In this document: positions 26,519-38,512 of the stretch, in pieces
How positions within the stretch are numbered: position 1 is the first letter of the stretch
Layout: each line of letters starts with the position of its first letter
Source: an uncultured Clostridia bacterium
GTDB lineage: Bacteria; Bacillota_I; Bacilli_A; RF39; UBA660
Direction: 5' to 3'
DNA length: 52,738 nucleotides
NCBI GenBank assembly: GCA_946619755.1
Contig: CAMOMI010000003.1
Span: forward strand, 1 to 52,738
The notes under the pieces: model-generated
What the model was told of the DNA's origin: nothing
What the model saw: the letters and a program-made list of their open reading frames with translations, nothing else
Databases searched by the model: none
Program-made: the position numbers and the translations under genes

Positions 26519-27214
26519 ATGAAGAAGAGTAAAAGATATGCTTCAGTAGTAGAAAAAGTTGATAAGAAAAAAGCATATACAGTAGAAGAAGCTGTTAAGA
26601 TTGTTAAAGAAGCTTCAAGTGCAAAATTTGATGAAACTGTAGAAGTTGCTATGAATATGAACTTAGATACTAGAAAAGCAGATCAACAATTAAGAGGTGC
26701 TGTTGTTTTACCTAATGGTACTGGTAAGAGTCAAACTGTATTAGTGCTTGCTAAGGGTGATCAAGCTAAAGCAGCTAAAGAGGCTGGCGCTGATTTTGTT
26801 GGAGACGCTGATTTAATCGAAAAAATTGAAAAAGAAAATTGGTTCGAATATGATGTAATTATTGCTACTCCAGAAATGATGCCAATGCTTGGTAAAATAG
26901 GTAAAATTTTAGGACCTAAAGGACTTATGCCAAATCCAAAGACTGGAACAGTTACAATGGATGTTAAAAAGGCTGTAGAAGATACTAAGAAAGGTAAAGT
27001 TGAATACAGAACTGATAGTTTTGGTAATATACATGGTATTATTGGAAAAGCAAGTTTTGATGCTGCTAAGTTAGCTGAAAACTTAAATGCTTTTGTAGGT
27101 ACTATATTAAAACTTAAACCAGCTAGTGTTAAAGGAAATTATGTTAAAAACATTTCAATTTCATCTACAATGGGTCCTGGTGTTAAAATTGATTTAAATT
27201 CATTTGACAAATAA
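26519..27214 (+). CDS. rplA: 50S ribosomal protein L1
   Basis: [37 protein letters not shown]. Confidence 0.98.
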   Translation: MKKSKRYASVVEKVDKKKAYTVEEAVKIVKEASSAKFDETVEVAMNMNLDTRKADQQLRGAVVLPNGTGKSQTVLVLAKGDQAKAAKEAGADFVGDADLIEKIEKENWFEYDVIIATPEMMPMLGKIGKILGPKGLMPNPKTGTVTMDVKKAVEDTKKGKVEYRTDSFGNIHGIIGKASFDAAKLAENLNAFVGTILKLKPASVKGNYVKNISISSTMGPGVKIDLNSFDK

Positions 27215-27232
27215 TAAATAATATTATATAAT
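27204..27232 (+). promoter_or_regulatory. Consensus sigA promoter of rplJ-rplL
   Basis: TTGACA-N17-TATAAT, with the -35 inside the last rplA codons. Confidence 0.8.
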
Positions 27233-27251
27233 TTAAAACGAACGAGAAATT

Positions 27252-27356
27252 TATGCCAAAGACAGTAAGGACGGAAGTTTAAAAATCTTACCGAGGAATA
27301 AAAAAATAATTAGTGTTTTTTAGTCCTCAGTAATGGGGACTTTTATTTATGGCATA
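27252..27356 (+). ncRNA. Ribosomal protein L10 leader (attenuator)
   Basis: CCAAAGACAGTAAG...TTAA...CTTACCGAGG core and terminator AGTCCTCA-gtaa-TGGGGACT-TTTATTT upstream of rplJ. Confidence 0.88.
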
Positions 27357-27374
27357 GGAAAGGATGTGTAAATA

Positions 27375-27869
27375 GTGGCAAATGCAAAGATTATTGAACA
27401 AAAGGCAGCTGTAGTATCTGAAATTAAAGATAAATTTGAAAATGCTAAGTCTGTTGTATTGTTTGATTATCGTGGTCTTAGTGTGGCAGAAGTTACTGAA
27501 CTTAGAAAAAAGTTAAGAGAAAGTGGCGCTGACTATAAGGTATATAAAAATACTTTGACTAAGAGAGCACTTGATGAGTTAAATATTGATATGAATGAAT
27601 ATTTAGCTGGTCCTAGTGCAGTATCATTTGGTACAGATGAACTTTCAATTGTAAAGGTTTTAAATGATTTTGCTAAAGAACATGAAGCATTAGAACTTAA
27701 GGCTGGAATAGTTGAAGGAAAAGTTGCAAATTTAGAAGACTTGAAGAGATATGCCGCAATTCCATCAAGAGAGACATTGCTAACACAATTAGCTGCTGGT
27801 CTTATGGGAACAGTTCGCGACTTATCTATATGCTTAGATTTATATGCTAAGGAAAAAGAAGAAAATTAA
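27375..27869 (+). CDS. rplJ: 50S ribosomal protein L10
   Basis: DYRGL.V...ELR, V.KNTL, IPSRE.LL; GTG start. Confidence 0.97.
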   Translation: MANAKIIEQKAAVVSEIKDKFENAKSVVLFDYRGLSVAEVTELRKKLRESGADYKVYKNTLTKRALDELNIDMNEYLAGPSAVSFGTDELSIVKVLNDFAKEHEALELKAGIVEGKVANLEDLKRYAAIPSRETLLTQLAAGLMGTVRDLSICLDLYAKEKEEN

Positions 27870-27893
27870 TAAAAAATAAAGGAGGAAATAAAA

Positions 27894-28262
27894 ATGGCTA
27901 AATTAAATAAAGAAGATTTTATTAGTGCTTTAAAAGAAATGTCAATTCTTGAAATTAAAGAATTAGTTGATGCAATGAAGGAGGAATTTGGTGTTGATCC
28001 ATCAGCTGTTGCTGTTGCTGCTGGTCCAGTAGCTGCTGCTGTTGAAGAAGGCCCATCTAAAGTTAACGTTGTATTAACTGCTGCTGGTCCTAACAAGATT
28101 GCTGTTATTAAAATCGTTAGAGATATTACAGGTTTAGGATTAAAAGAAGCTAAGGATATTGCTGACAATGGCGGAAACGTTAAAGAAGGCGTTGACAAGG
28201 CTGAAGCTGAACAACTTAAAGCACAATTTGAAGAAGCTGGCGCTACTGTAGAACTTAAGTAG
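27894..28262 (+). CDS. rplL: 50S ribosomal protein L7/L12
   Basis: EFGV..A..AA hinge, [24 protein letters not shown]. Confidence 0.98.
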   Translation: MAKLNKEDFISALKEMSILEIKELVDAMKEEFGVDPSAVAVAAGPVAAAVEEGPSKVNVVLTAAGPNKIAVIKIVRDITGLGLKEAKDIADNGGNVKEGVDKAEAEQLKAQFEEAGATVELK

Positions 28263-28280
28263 TCTAGAATTTAGAATTTT

Positions 28281-28306
28281 AAAGAGGTCTTAGGACTTCT
28301 TTTTTT
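28281..28306 (+). terminator. Terminator after rplL
   Basis: AAAGAGGTC-ttag-GACTTCTTT plus T run. Confidence 0.75.
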
Positions 28307-28326
28307 ATGCAAAAAAATGAAACTAA

Positions 28327-29025
28327 CTACTTAGTTTCATCGATATAATAGTGTTTTATTGGTTTTAAATTATCGTCTAATTCATAGCATATTGGTCTAC
28401 CAGTATCTATTTCTAATTTTATTACTTCATCATTGGATAAATTATCTAGATATTTAATTAATCCTCTTAGACTATTTCCATGAGCTACGATTATAACATT
28501 TTTGCCATCTTGTATGGCTGGTGCAATGTCACTTTGCCAATATTCAGTGACCCTTTTAATTGTGTCAATTAAGTTTTCGGTTAATGGCAATTCTTCTTTT
28601 GTTAAATCTTTATATTTTGGATCATGTCCTGGATATCTATCATCGTCAACTGTTAATTCTGGTGGTCTAACGTCGGCACTTCTTCGCCATAATTTTACTT
28701 GTTCTTCACCATATTTTTCTTTTGTTTCGTCTTTGTTTAAACCTTGTAGGGCACCATAGTGTCTTTCATTTAGTTTATAACTGTAATTAATTGGAATATT
28801 TCTTTCATTAAGTTCATCTAAAATATAATATAGGGTGTCATTTGCTCTTTTTAAAACACTTGTAAATGCTTGATTGAATTGATAATTATTCTCTTTTAAT
28901 AGTTTACCAGCATTTTTTGCTTCTTGTATTCCTTTATCTGATAATCCAACATCAGTCCATCCTGTAAATTTGTTTTCTAAATTCCATAAACTTTGACCAT
29001 GTCTAACAATTACTAATTTTTTCAT
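28327..29025 (-). CDS. gpmA: 2,3-BPG-dependent phosphoglycerate mutase
   Basis: [36 protein letters not shown]. Confidence 0.96.
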   Translation of the reverse strand: MKKLVIVRHGQSLWNLENKFTGWTDVGLSDKGIQEAKNAGKLLKENNYQFNQAFTSVLKRANDTLYYILDELNERNIPINYSYKLNERHYGALQGLNKDETKEKYGEEQVKLWRRSADVRPPELTVDDDRYPGHDPKYKDLTKEELPLTENLIDTIKRVTEYWQSDIAPAIQDGKNVIIVAHGNSLRGLIKYLDNLSNDEVIKLEIDTGRPICYELDDNLKPIKHYYIDETK

Positions 29026-29158
29026 ATTATCATCTTCTTTCATTATTATTATACATTAAAATAATATTTGATTCTAGTATGTTATTAAAATTTAATAAAT
29101 TATTATTGTTTGTAGTCTTAGAGAAAAATATATGATATAATTAAATATAGGAGGGTTT

Positions 29159-29629
29159 ATGGATATTAAATCATTTAAAAAAATATTATATATGGCTTGG
29201 ACTATCGATACATGTATACCATTGTTAAGAGATAAATTTAATAAAGATAATAAAAGTCTAGGACAATCTGATGTAACTGCTTTAGTTGTTAATGATTGTT
29301 ATGGTGGCAAAATAATGTGTTGTATGACTTCAATAGGAAGCTATTATTATAATTTAATTGATGATAAAATTGTTGATTTGACAGACGAACAATTTTTAGG
29401 AGAAATACCTTTATATAATGAAGGACGTGAAAGAACAAGAGAATTTCTTTTAAATGATGATGATACCAGATTAAGATATATTATGTTACTTAAAAATGTT
29501 AAATCCATTTTAGAGAATTTATTAATATATAATTCAATAAAACCGGAAGAATTTATTAATGATTGTACTATGAGAAAAAAACAAATTGAAAGAATGATGA
29601 GGTATAACGAATATGAGCAAATGGGATAA
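29159..29629 (+). CDS. YunG-like protein
   Basis: AW..DT, GQS.VTALVVND..GG.I, YYN......VDLT..QF pattern of the YunG family. Confidence 0.65.
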   Translation: MDIKSFKKILYMAWTIDTCIPLLRDKFNKDNKSLGQSDVTALVVNDCYGGKIMCCMTSIGSYYYNLIDDKIVDLTDEQFLGEIPLYNEGRERTREFLLNDDDTRLRYIMLLKNVKSILENLLIYNSIKPEEFINDCTMRKKQIERMMRYNEYEQMG

Positions 29630-30515
29630 AGAATACATAAAATTATGTAAAAAAATTTTAAAAGATGGTAAAAGGGTACCAAATAGGACAGGCACTGACA
29701 CTATTAAAATTCCTGCTTATACGCTTGAATTTGATTTATCTAAAGAATTTCCCGCTTTAACTACAAAGCAATTGTTTTTTAGACAGGCTATTGTTGAAAT
29801 GCTATGGATATATCAAGTGCAATCTAACGATGTTAGATGGTTACAGGATAGAAATGTTCATATTTGGGATGAATGGGAAATACAAGAGGATGGTAAATGG
29901 TATGCAACTCAGATGTTGCCTGATGAAAATGGTAAATTAGTAAAAAAAGAAGTTGTAAAAGATTTTGGAAAAGAATGGGCACATACAATTGGAACTGCAT
30001 ATGGATGGATAAATAATAAATTTCAAAATACACAAAGGCTTATTGATACGATTAAGAATAATCCAACTGATAGAAGAATGCTTATGACGATGTGGCAAGA
30101 TGATTATATTAAAACAGCAGTACTTCCATCATGTGTTTGGAGTAGTGAATGGGATGTAACTGATGGTAAACTTAATTGTTGGGTTCATCAAAGAAGTTGC
30201 GATGTGCCACTAGGATTACCATTTAATGTTACACAATATGCTACTTTACTTTGTTTAATAGCACATTGTACTGGTTTAAAGCCTGGTAAAATGTATTGGT
30301 CTATAAAGGATGCTCATATATATGTAAATCAAGTTGATGGCATTAAGGAACAAATAGAAAGATATGATACACTACCTGATTTGCCTGCTCCAAAATTATG
30401 GATTAATCCAGAGGTAACTGATTTCTTTAAAATAGATAATTCTAAAGATATTAAAGATATAAAAGTAGTTGGATATCAACATCATGGTAAAATTAGTTTT
30501 CCAATTGCACAGTAG
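29613..30515 (+). CDS. thyA: Thymidylate synthase ThyA
   Basis: RTGT, FP.LTTK, WDEW, catalytic LPSC, QRSCD..LG.PFN, DAHIY. Confidence 0.96.
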   Translation: MSKWDKEYIKLCKKILKDGKRVPNRTGTDTIKIPAYTLEFDLSKEFPALTTKQLFFRQAIVEMLWIYQVQSNDVRWLQDRNVHIWDEWEIQEDGKWYATQMLPDENGKLVKKEVVKDFGKEWAHTIGTAYGWINNKFQNTQRLIDTIKNNPTDRRMLMTMWQDDYIKTAVLPSCVWSSEWDVTDGKLNCWVHQRSCDVPLGLPFNVTQYATLLCLIAHCTGLKPGKMYWSIKDAHIYVNQVDGIKEQIERYDTLPDLPAPKLWINPEVTDFFKIDNSKDIKDIKVVGYQHHGKISFPIAQ

Positions 30516-30526
30516 GATGTGATAAT

Positions 30527-31003
30527 ATGATTAGTATGATTTCTTCTGTTGGAAAAAATAGAGAATTAGGAAAGAATAATACGCTTATATGGCATTTTAA
30601 AGATGATATGAAGTTCTTTAAAGAGACAACAATGGGCCATATTGTAGTGATGGGATATAATACCTATAAGTCTTTACCAGGTAATTTACCTGGTAGACAT
30701 ATTATAGTTGTGTCATATGATCCTATCGAAAATGTTGAATGTGTAAATGGCATTGAACCTATTATTGAAAAATATAAAGATAGTGATGAAGAGATATTTA
30801 TTTGTGGAGGAGCATCAATTTATAAACAATTTCTTCCTTATGCCAGTAAATTATATTTAACAGAAATATCTGCTACTGATGACGAAGCGGATACATTTTT
30901 TCCAAATTTTAACAAAAAAGAATGGAAGAGAACTTTAATTAAAAATAATAATCAAAATAATATAGATTTCGATATATTTTTGTATGAAAGAAAAAGGGTA
31001 TAG
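30527..31003 (+). CDS. folA: Dihydrofolate reductase
   Basis: LG..N.L.W....DM..FK..T, VVMG..T..SL, LPGR, GGASIY, DTFFP. Confidence 0.95.
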   Translation: MISMISSVGKNRELGKNNTLIWHFKDDMKFFKETTMGHIVVMGYNTYKSLPGNLPGRHIIVVSYDPIENVECVNGIEPIIEKYKDSDEEIFICGGASIYKQFLPYASKLYLTEISATDDEADTFFPNFNKKEWKRTLIKNNNQNNIDFDIFLYERKRV

Positions 31004-31020
31004 TAAAAACTATATCTTTT
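30992..31020 (+). terminator. Terminator overlapping the folA stop
   Basis: AAAAGGGTATAGT / ACTATATCTTTT. Confidence 0.65.
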
Positions 31021-31088
31021 AATTTTTTCTAAATTTATAGATATGTTTTGAAAAAGTGTTAAAAAAATGACAAAAAGTAAATATTTCG

Positions 31089-31148
31089 TTGACTTTTTAC
31101 TTTTATGGTGCTAGTATTATATATTGGTAACACGTCTTTTTAGGCGTG
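31089..31148 (+). promoter_or_regulatory. rpoBC promoter with a 5' leader hairpin
   Basis: TTGACT-N17-TAGTAT (extended TG), then CACGTCT-tttt-AGGCGTG. Confidence 0.55.
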
Positions 31149-31190
31149 GGAAAACTTTAAAAAAATATATGGTATTGGGGTGAAAAATTA

Positions 31191-34100
31191 ATGGCTTATA
31201 AGTTAAAGCAAAGTGGCGATTATAGAAAAAGAAGAAACTTTTCTATGATTAAAAATTCGTTGGAATTAGACGATTTATTGGCAATTCAAAAGGAATCATA
31301 TCAATGGTTCGCAACAGAAGGGGTTGGGGAAGTACTTAAAGATTTTTCTCCTGTAGAAAGTTTTAATGGTAGTTTATCTTTAGAATTTAATGATTATGTT
31401 TTTGATACTCCAAGATATTCAATTAAGGAATGTAAAGATAGACAAATCACTTATGCTGCACCTTTAAAAGTGCAAACTAGATTGTTTAACAATGAGACAG
31501 GTGAAGTTAAGGAACAAGAAATATTCTTAGGAGATATGCCTTTGATGACTGATTATGGTACTTTCATCATTAATGGAGCTGAAAGGGTTGTTGTATCACA
31601 ATTGGTTAGATCTCCAAGTGTATATTTTTCCCGTGAGGTAGATAAAAATGGAAAACCAGTGTTTGCATCTAAAGTAATTCCTACAAGAGGAACATGGTTA
31701 GAATATGAAACAGATGCCAAAGATGTATTGTATGTAAGAATAGATAGGACTAGAAAAGTTCCACTTACAACATTGCTAAGAGCATTTGGATTATCAAGCG
31801 ATAAAGATATATTAGATTTATTTGATAATAATGAATATTTAAAAAATACATTAGAAAGAGATTCAACAAAGAATACTGATGAAGCCTTAATTGAAATATA
31901 TGAAAAATTAAGACCTGGTGAACCTACAACGTTAGATAGTTCTAAAAACCAATTAATTACAAGATTTTTTGATAATTTTAGATATGATTTAGCTAAAGTT
32001 GGTAGATATAAGTTTAATCAGAGATTAAATATAACTGATAGATTAGTTGGTAAGGTTTTAGCACAAGATGTTGTAATTGATGGTGAAGTTAAATTTACTG
32101 ATGGAACTTTACTTACTAAAGATGTTGTTTTAGAATTAGAAAAATATCTTAAAAATGGATATGGAATGGTTGAAGCAAAAATTAATACTGATTTAAATGA
32201 TAAAAATATGATTCAAGTATTATATGTATATTCCCCACTTAATCCAAAGAAAAAAGTTAAAGTTATAGGTAATGATCAGTCAATAGATGTCAAGACTTTG
32301 ACAATATCTGATTTCTATGCATCTGTCTCTTATTATCTAAATTTGATGGATGGTATTGGACATGATGATGAAATAGATCATTTAGGAAACAGAAGAATAA
32401 GACAAGTTGGTGAACTTTTACAAAATCAATTCAAGATTGGTTTTAGTAGAATGGAAAGAGTTATTCGTGAGAGAATGACTACACAAGATATGGAAACAGT
32501 TACTCCAAAAACATTAATAAATATTAGACCTGTAACTGCTGTTATTAAGGAATTCTTTGGTAGTAGCCAATTATCTCAATTTATGGATCAAGTTAATCCG
32601 ATTGCTGAACTTACACATAAACGAAGATTATCAGCTTTAGGACCTGGTGGATTATCTAGAGATAGAGCTGGTGTTGAAGTTCGTGACGTTAATGCTAGCC
32701 ACTATGGTAGAATATGTCCAATTGAATCTCCAGAAGGACAAAATATTGGACTTATTACTTCACTTGCTAGTTATGCTAAAATTAATGAATATGGATTTAT
32801 TATGACTCCATATCGTAAAGTTGAAAATAAGAAATTACTAGATCAAGTTGATTATTTAACAGCTTCTGAAGAGCAAGATTTCTATATTTCTCAAGCAACA
32901 GTTAATGTTGATGAAAATGATATGATAACTGATGCTCAAGTAGCTGGTAGATATAATGGTGAAAATGTAATTATACCTGCTCAACAAGTTGATTATATTG
33001 ACGTAAGTCCACAACAGGTTGTATCTATTACTACAAGTTTAATTCCATTCTTGGAACATGATGATGCAACACGTGCTTTGATGGGTGCTAACATGCAGCG
33101 TCAGGCGTTACCATTATTAACAACTGAGGCTCCTTATGTTGGAACTGGTGTTGAATATGTAGCTGCTCGTGATAGTGGTGCAGTAGTTAGAGCTAAAGCA
33201 GATGGTATTGTAGATTATGTTGATGCTAAAAAAATTGTTATTAAAAATGCTAAAGCTGAAGATATTTATACATTGACAACATTTGAAAGAGCTAACCAAG
33301 GTGAATGCACAAATCAACTTCCTATCGTAAGAGCAGGAGATAAAGTTAAAAAAGGTCAAATTATCGCAGATGGACCAAGTACTAATATGGGAGAACTTGC
33401 TTTAGGTAAGAATGTAGTTGTTGCTTTCATGACATTTAATGGATATAACTTTGAAGATGCTGTCATTATGAATGAGAGATTAGTAAAAGATGATGTTTAT
33501 ACATCCTTACATATCGAGGACTATGAAATTCAATGTCGTGATACAAAATTAGGGCCTGAAGAAATAACAAGAGATATTCCTAATGTTAGTGAGGATGCTA
33601 GAAAGAACCTTGATGAAAACGGAATTATTAGAATTGGTACTGAAGTTAAGGAAGGCGATATTCTTGTTGGTAAAGTAACACCAAAAGGAATGGCTGATCT
33701 TACAAGTGAAGAAAAATTATTACATGCTATATTTGGCGAAAAAACAAGAGAAGTTAGAAACTCTTCACTTACTGTTCCTCATGGAGGAGATGGTATCGTT
33801 CACGATGTAAAAATTTATACAAAAGCTGATAATGATGAAATGCCTAGTGGTGTGTCAAAAGTTATTAGAGTATATATTATTCAAAAACGTAAAATTCAAG
33901 TCGGCGACAAGATGTCTGGTCGTCATGGTAATAAGGGTGTTATTTCCTTAATCTTACCACAAGAAGACATGCCATATTTACCAGATGGTACACCAGTTGA
34001 TATTATGTTAAATCCACAAGGTGTTCCTTCTCGTATGAATATAGGACAGATTCTTGAACTTCATATGGGTATGGCTTGTAAGAAGTTAGGCGTTCATATT

Positions 34101-34808
34101 GCTACACCAGTACTTGATGGTGCTAAGAAAGATGATATTGCTAAGATGATGGCTGAGGCAGGAATGGAACCTGATGGAAAAACAGTTTTATATGACGGAC
34201 GTACTGGAGAACCATTTGATAATAGAATAAATGTTGGTGTTATGTATATGATTAAACTTCATCACATGGTTGATGATAAGTTACATGCAAGAGCTACAGG
34301 ACCTTATTCATTGGTTACACAACAACCTCTTGGTGGTAAAGCACAATTTGGTGGACAGAGATTTGGAGAAATGGAAGTTTGGGCTCTTGAAGCATATGGA
34401 GCTAGTCATGTTTTACAAGAAATACTTACATATAAATCAGATGATGTTTTAGGAAGAGTAAAAGTATATGAATCAATTGTAAAAGGACAACCTTTACCTG
34501 ATCCAAGTATTCCTGAATCATTTAGAGTATTAATTAAAGAATTCCAAGCATTAGGTTTGAATATATCAGTAATTAATAATGAAGATGAGACAGTAAGTAT
34601 TACTGAACTTGAAAAAGATGATGAAGATGATGATATGCCATTATCTGAAGAAATAGTTAAACCAGAATTATTTGGTGATGTCAGTGAAGATGATTATAGT
34701 GATGAGTCTGATTTTGGCGAGGAAGATGATGATGAACTTGATTTACCAGATGAGTATGGTGATGGTCTAGAAGACTTTGATGATGATGAAATGGGAGGTG
34801 ATTTCTAA
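31191..34808 (+). CDS. rpoB: RNA polymerase beta subunit
   Basis: [42 protein letters not shown]. Confidence 0.99.
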   Translation: MAYKLKQSGDYRKRRNFSMIKNSLELDDLLAIQKESYQWFATEGVGEVLKDFSPVESFNGSLSLEFNDYVFDTPRYSIKECKDRQITYAAPLKVQTRLFNNETGEVKEQEIFLGDMPLMTDYGTFIINGAERVVVSQLVRSPSVYFSREVDKNGKPVFASKVIPTRGTWLEYETDAKDVLYVRIDRTRKVPLTTLLRAFGLSSDKDILDLFDNNEYLKNTLERDSTKNTDEALIEIYEKLRPGEPTTLDSSKNQLITRFFDNFRYDLAKVGRYKFNQRLNITDRLVGKVLAQDVVIDGEVKFTDGTLLTKDVVLELEKYLKNGYGMVEAKINTDLNDKNMIQVLYVYSPLNPKKKVKVIGNDQSIDVKTLTISDFYASVSYYLNLMDGIGHDDEIDHLGNRRIRQVGELLQNQFKIGFSRMERVIRERMTTQDMETVTPKTLINIRPVTAVIKEFFGSSQLSQFMDQVNPIAELTHKRRLSALGPGGLSRDRAGVEVRDVNASHYGRICPIESPEGQNIGLITSLASYAKINEYGFIMTPYRKVENKKLLDQVDYLTASEEQDFYISQATVNVDENDMITDAQVAGRYNGENVIIPAQQVDYIDVSPQQVVSITTSLIPFLEHDDATRALMGANMQRQALPLLTTEAPYVGTGVEYVAARDSGAVVRAKADGIVDYVDAKKIVIKNAKAEDIYTLTTFERANQGECTNQLPIVRAGDKVKKGQIIADGPSTNMGELALGKNVVVAFMTFNGYNFEDAVIMNERLVKDDVYTSLHIEDYEIQCRDTKLGPEEITRDIPNVSEDARKNLDENGIIRIGTEVKEGDILVGKVTPKGMADLTSEEKLLHAIFGEKTREVRNSSLTVPHGGDGIVHDVKIYTKADNDEMPSGVSKVIRVYIIQKRKIQVGDKMSGRHGNKGVISLILPQEDMPYLPDGTPVDIMLNPQGVPSRMNIGQILELHMGMACKKLGVHIATPVLDGAKKDDIAKMMAEAGMEPDGKTVLYDGRTGEPFDNRINVGVMYMIKLHHMVDDKLHARATGPYSLVTQQPLGGKAQFGGQRFGEMEVWALEAYGASHVLQEILTYKSDDVLGRVKVYESIVKGQPLPDPSIPESFRVLIKEFQALGLNISVINNEDETVSITELEKDDEDDDMPLSEEIVKPELFGDVSEDDYSDESDFGEEDDDELDLPDEYGDGLEDFDDDEMGGDF

Positions 34809-37800
34809 TGTTAGAAGCAAATAAGTTTAAAGCTTTAAAAATTGGAATTGCATCACCTGATGATATTAGAGCATGGAGTTATGGTGAAGTATTAAAACCA
34901 GAGACTATTAATTATAGAACATTAAAACCTGAAAGAGATGGTTTGTTCTGTGAAAAAATATTTGGACCTACGCGCGATTATGAATGTAGTTGTGGTAAGT
35001 ACAAGAGACTAAGATATAAAAATATTGTTTGTGATAGATGTGGTGTAGAAGTTACAAAATCAAAAGTACGTCGTGAACGTATGGGACATATTGAACTTGC
35101 TACACCAGTAAGTCACATTTGGTTTGTTAAAGGTATTCCATCTTATATTGGATTATGCCTTGATATGTCTCCAAGAGATTTGGAAGAAGTAATTTACTTT
35201 GTATCTTATGTTGTTCTAGATCCTGGAGCAACAACACTTGTGAAAAAACAAACTTTGTCAGATAAAGAATATAGAGCATACTACGAAAAATATGGTAATA
35301 CATTTAGAGTAGGTATGGGTGCAGAAGCAATTAAAGAATTGTTATCTGAGTTAGATGTTAATAAAGAACTTGAAGAACTTCAAAAGGAACTAGATGGAGC
35401 AACTGGTCAGAAAAAAATAAGATTAGTAAAAAGACTTGATGTACTTGATTCATTTGCTAAATCAGGTAATAAACCTGAATGGATGATTTTAGAGGCACTT
35501 CCTGTTATTCCACCAGAACTTAGACCAATGATTCAACTTGATGGTGGTAGATTTGCAACATCAGATTTAAATGATTTATATCGTAGAGTTATTAATAGAA
35601 ATAATAGATTAAAAAAATTAGTTGAATTAAATGCTCCTTCAATTATTATTCAAAATGAAAAGAGAATGCTTCAAGAAGCGGTTGACTCATTATTTGATAA
35701 TGGAAGAAGGGGTAGAAGTGTAACTGGAGCTGGCAATAGAGCACTTAAGTCACTATCTAGTATGTTAAAAGGTAAACAAGGACGTTTTCGTCAAAACTTA
35801 CTAGGAAAACGTGTTGACTATTCTGGACGTTCAGTTATTGTTGTTGGACCAGATTTGAAAATGTATCAATGTGGTATTCCTAAGGAAATGGCACTTGAAT
35901 TATTTAAGCCACATGTTATTAATGGTTTAGTAAGCAAAGAAATTGCTAATAATATTAAATCAGCTAAAAAGATGATTGATACAAGAGATCCAAAAGTATG
36001 GGATGTAGTCGAAGAGGTTATTAAAGAGCACCCTGTTATGTTAAACCGTGCTCCAACACTACATAGATTAGGTATTCAAGCATTTGAACCTAAGCTTGTA
36101 TCAGGAAAAGCTATTAGACTTCATCCACTTGTTACGACAGCATTTAATGCTGACTTCGATGGAGACCAGATGGCTGTACACGTACCACTATCTGAAGAAG
36201 CAAAAGCAGAGGCTAGAATCTTAATGTTAGGTGCTAATAATATTTTAAGTCCAAAAGATGGAAAACCTATTGTTACACCAAGTCAGGATATGATTTTAGG
36301 TAATTATTATATTACAATGGAAAAACCTGGACATGAAGGTGAAGGAAGAGTATTTAAGAATTCAAATGAAGCTATTATGGCATATAATAGAAGAGAAGTT
36401 GATTTACATACTAGAATTGTAGTGCCTGTTAATTCATTTAAACATAAGGTATTTTTAGATAGTCATAAAAACCAATATTTAGTCACTACAGTTGGTAAGT
36501 TAATATTTAATGAAATATTACCTGATTCATTTCCATATGTAAATGAGCCAACAGATGAAAATATCGAAAAATATACTCCAAATAAATATTTTATTGCACC
36601 TGGAGAAAACATTCCTGAAAAGATTAAAGAAATTCCAAAGGCAGAAGCTTTTAAAAAGGGAACACTTGAGAAGATAATCGCTCAAATGTTTAAGAAATAT
36701 AAAACTACTGAAACTTCAATCATGCTTGATAAACTTAAAGATTTAGGATTTAAGTATTCAACTTATTCTGGTATTACAATATCAGCTGCTGATGTTGTAA
36801 CTAGTAAGAATAAGGATGCTATTATTGAAGCAAGCGAAGCTGAAGTTAAGAAGGTTAATAAACAATATCAAAGAGGTTTAATTACAGATAAAGAAAGATT
36901 TGACTTAGTAATTAGCGTTTGGGATAAGGCTAAAAAAGATATTGAAAAAGAATTAGAAGGTTATGCAAAGAGTGAAGAATATGAAGATAATCCAATTTTC
37001 ATAATGATGAACTCTAAAGCTCGTGGTTCAATTTCTAACTTCGTACAATTAGCTGGTATGCGTGGTACGATGGCTAAGCCTAATGGTGAACCTGTTGAAA
37101 TTCCAATTAAATCTTCATTTAGAGATGGATTATCAGTATCTGAGTTCTTCTTATCTACACATGGTGCTAGAAAAGGTAGTGCCGATACAGCTTTAAAGAC
37201 AGCTGACTCTGGATATATGACAAGACGTCTAGTTGATGTTGCTCAGGATTTAATTGTTAGAGAAGATGACTGTGGAACAACTGAAGGTGTTAGAGTATCT
37301 GCGTTTAAAGATGATAAAGATGGTGTTATTGAACCACTTTATGATAGAATTTTAGGAAGATTTACTAATAAAAAGGTAATTGATCCTAATACTAAAGAAA
37401 TTATTGTTGGTGCTAATGAACTAATAACTGAAAACATTGCTGATAAGATTATTGCTGCTGGTATTGAAGAAGTTGAAATAAGAACTGTTCTTACTTGTAG
37501 AACTGATCATGGTGTATGTTGTAAATGTTATGGACGTAATTTAGCAACAGGTAATATTGTTGAGATTGGTGAAGCAGTTGGTACGATGGGTGCACAATCA
37601 ATTGGTGAGCCTGGTACTCAGTTAACCATGAGAACATTCCATACCGGTGGTGTAGCTGGTGGAGAAGATATTACACAAGGTCTTCCACGTGTTGAAGAAT
37701 TATTTGAAGCAAGAACTCCAAAAGGAAAAGCTTTAATAGCTGAAATTGATGGTACTGTTTCTAAGATTGAAGATCAAAAAGGTAGAACAAAAATATTTAT

Positions 37801-38443
37801 TAAGAATGCTAATGAAGTTAGAGAACATTTATCTGCTTATGGTGCTAAACTTAGAGTTGAAAAGGGTGATAAAGTTCAAGCTGGTGATAGACTTACTGAA
37901 GGTAACGTTAGTCCTAAAGAATTGTTAATGGTAACTGATCCTAATACTGTACAACAATATATTCTTAAGGAAGTACAAAAAGTATATCGTAGCCAAGGTG
38001 TTGATATTAATGATAAACACGTTGAACTTATTGCTAGAAGGATGATTTCTCAAATCAGAATTATGGATTCTGGAGATACTAACTTCTTACCAAGTACTGT
38101 AGTTTCTATTAATAAATTTGCTGAAGGTAATAGGGATGTAATTTTACAAGGAAAGAAACCTGCAATTGGACAACCAATTTTACTTGGTATAACTAAATCA
38201 AGTTTACAGACTGATTCATTCTTAGCTTCTGCATCATTCCAAGAAACTACACGTATTCTTACAGAAGCTGCTGTTAAGGGTAAAGTTGATAATTTACATG
38301 GTCTTAAAGAAAATGTAATTATTGGTAAACTAATTCCTGCTGGAACTGGTGCTAAAGAATATATGGACATTGGTTATTCATTGGAGAAAGAATTCTTTGA
38401 TGATGAACCTGCTGAAGTACTTGAGGAAAAATTCTTAGATTAA
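34808..38443 (+). CDS. rpoC: RNA polymerase beta-prime subunit
   Basis: NADFDGD active site, zinc-binding Cys clusters, [16 protein letters not shown]; TAATG overlap with rpoB. Confidence 0.99.
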   Translation: MLEANKFKALKIGIASPDDIRAWSYGEVLKPETINYRTLKPERDGLFCEKIFGPTRDYECSCGKYKRLRYKNIVCDRCGVEVTKSKVRRERMGHIELATPVSHIWFVKGIPSYIGLCLDMSPRDLEEVIYFVSYVVLDPGATTLVKKQTLSDKEYRAYYEKYGNTFRVGMGAEAIKELLSELDVNKELEELQKELDGATGQKKIRLVKRLDVLDSFAKSGNKPEWMILEALPVIPPELRPMIQLDGGRFATSDLNDLYRRVINRNNRLKKLVELNAPSIIIQNEKRMLQEAVDSLFDNGRRGRSVTGAGNRALKSLSSMLKGKQGRFRQNLLGKRVDYSGRSVIVVGPDLKMYQCGIPKEMALELFKPHVINGLVSKEIANNIKSAKKMIDTRDPKVWDVVEEVIKEHPVMLNRAPTLHRLGIQAFEPKLVSGKAIRLHPLVTTAFNADFDGDQMAVHVPLSEEAKAEARILMLGANNILSPKDGKPIVTPSQDMILGNYYITMEKPGHEGEGRVFKNSNEAIMAYNRREVDLHTRIVVPVNSFKHKVFLDSHKNQYLVTTVGKLIFNEILPDSFPYVNEPTDENIEKYTPNKYFIAPGENIPEKIKEIPKAEAFKKGTLEKIIAQMFKKYKTTETSIMLDKLKDLGFKYSTYSGITISAADVVTSKNKDAIIEASEAEVKKVNKQYQRGLITDKERFDLVISVWDKAKKDIEKELEGYAKSEEYEDNPIFIMMNSKARGSISNFVQLAGMRGTMAKPNGEPVEIPIKSSFRDGLSVSEFFLSTHGARKGSADTALKTADSGYMTRRLVDVAQDLIVREDDCGTTEGVRVSAFKDDKDGVIEPLYDRILGRFTNKKVIDPNTKEIIVGANELITENIADKIIAAGIEEVEIRTVLTCRTDHGVCCKCYGRNLATGNIVEIGEAVGTMGAQSIGEPGTQLTMRTFHTGGVAGGEDITQGLPRVEELFEARTPKGKALIAEIDGTVSKIEDQKGRTKIFIKNANEVREHLSAYGAKLRVEKGDKVQAGDRLTEGNVSPKELLMVTDPNTVQQYILKEVQKVYRSQGVDINDKHVELIARRMISQIRIMDSGDTNFLPSTVVSINKFAEGNRDVILQGKKPAIGQPILLGITKSSLQTDSFLASASFQETTRILTEAAVKGKVDNLHGLKENVIIGKLIPAGTGAKEYMDIGYSLEKEFFDDEPAEVLEEKFLD

Positions 38444-38445
38444 TT

Positions 38446-38472
38446 AAAAGGCTAAATTTTAGCCTTTTTTTT
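38446..38472 (+). terminator. Terminator after rpoC
   Basis: AAAAGGCTAA / TTAGCCTTTT plus T run. Confidence 0.8.
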
Positions 38473-38512
38473 AATATATGTGATATAATATATGATGATT
38501 TGGAGGGATATT

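Noticed and set aside
32560-32650. Rifampicin-resistance region of rpoB
   Set aside because: Key Gln, Asp, His and Ser residues are the sensitive-type sequence
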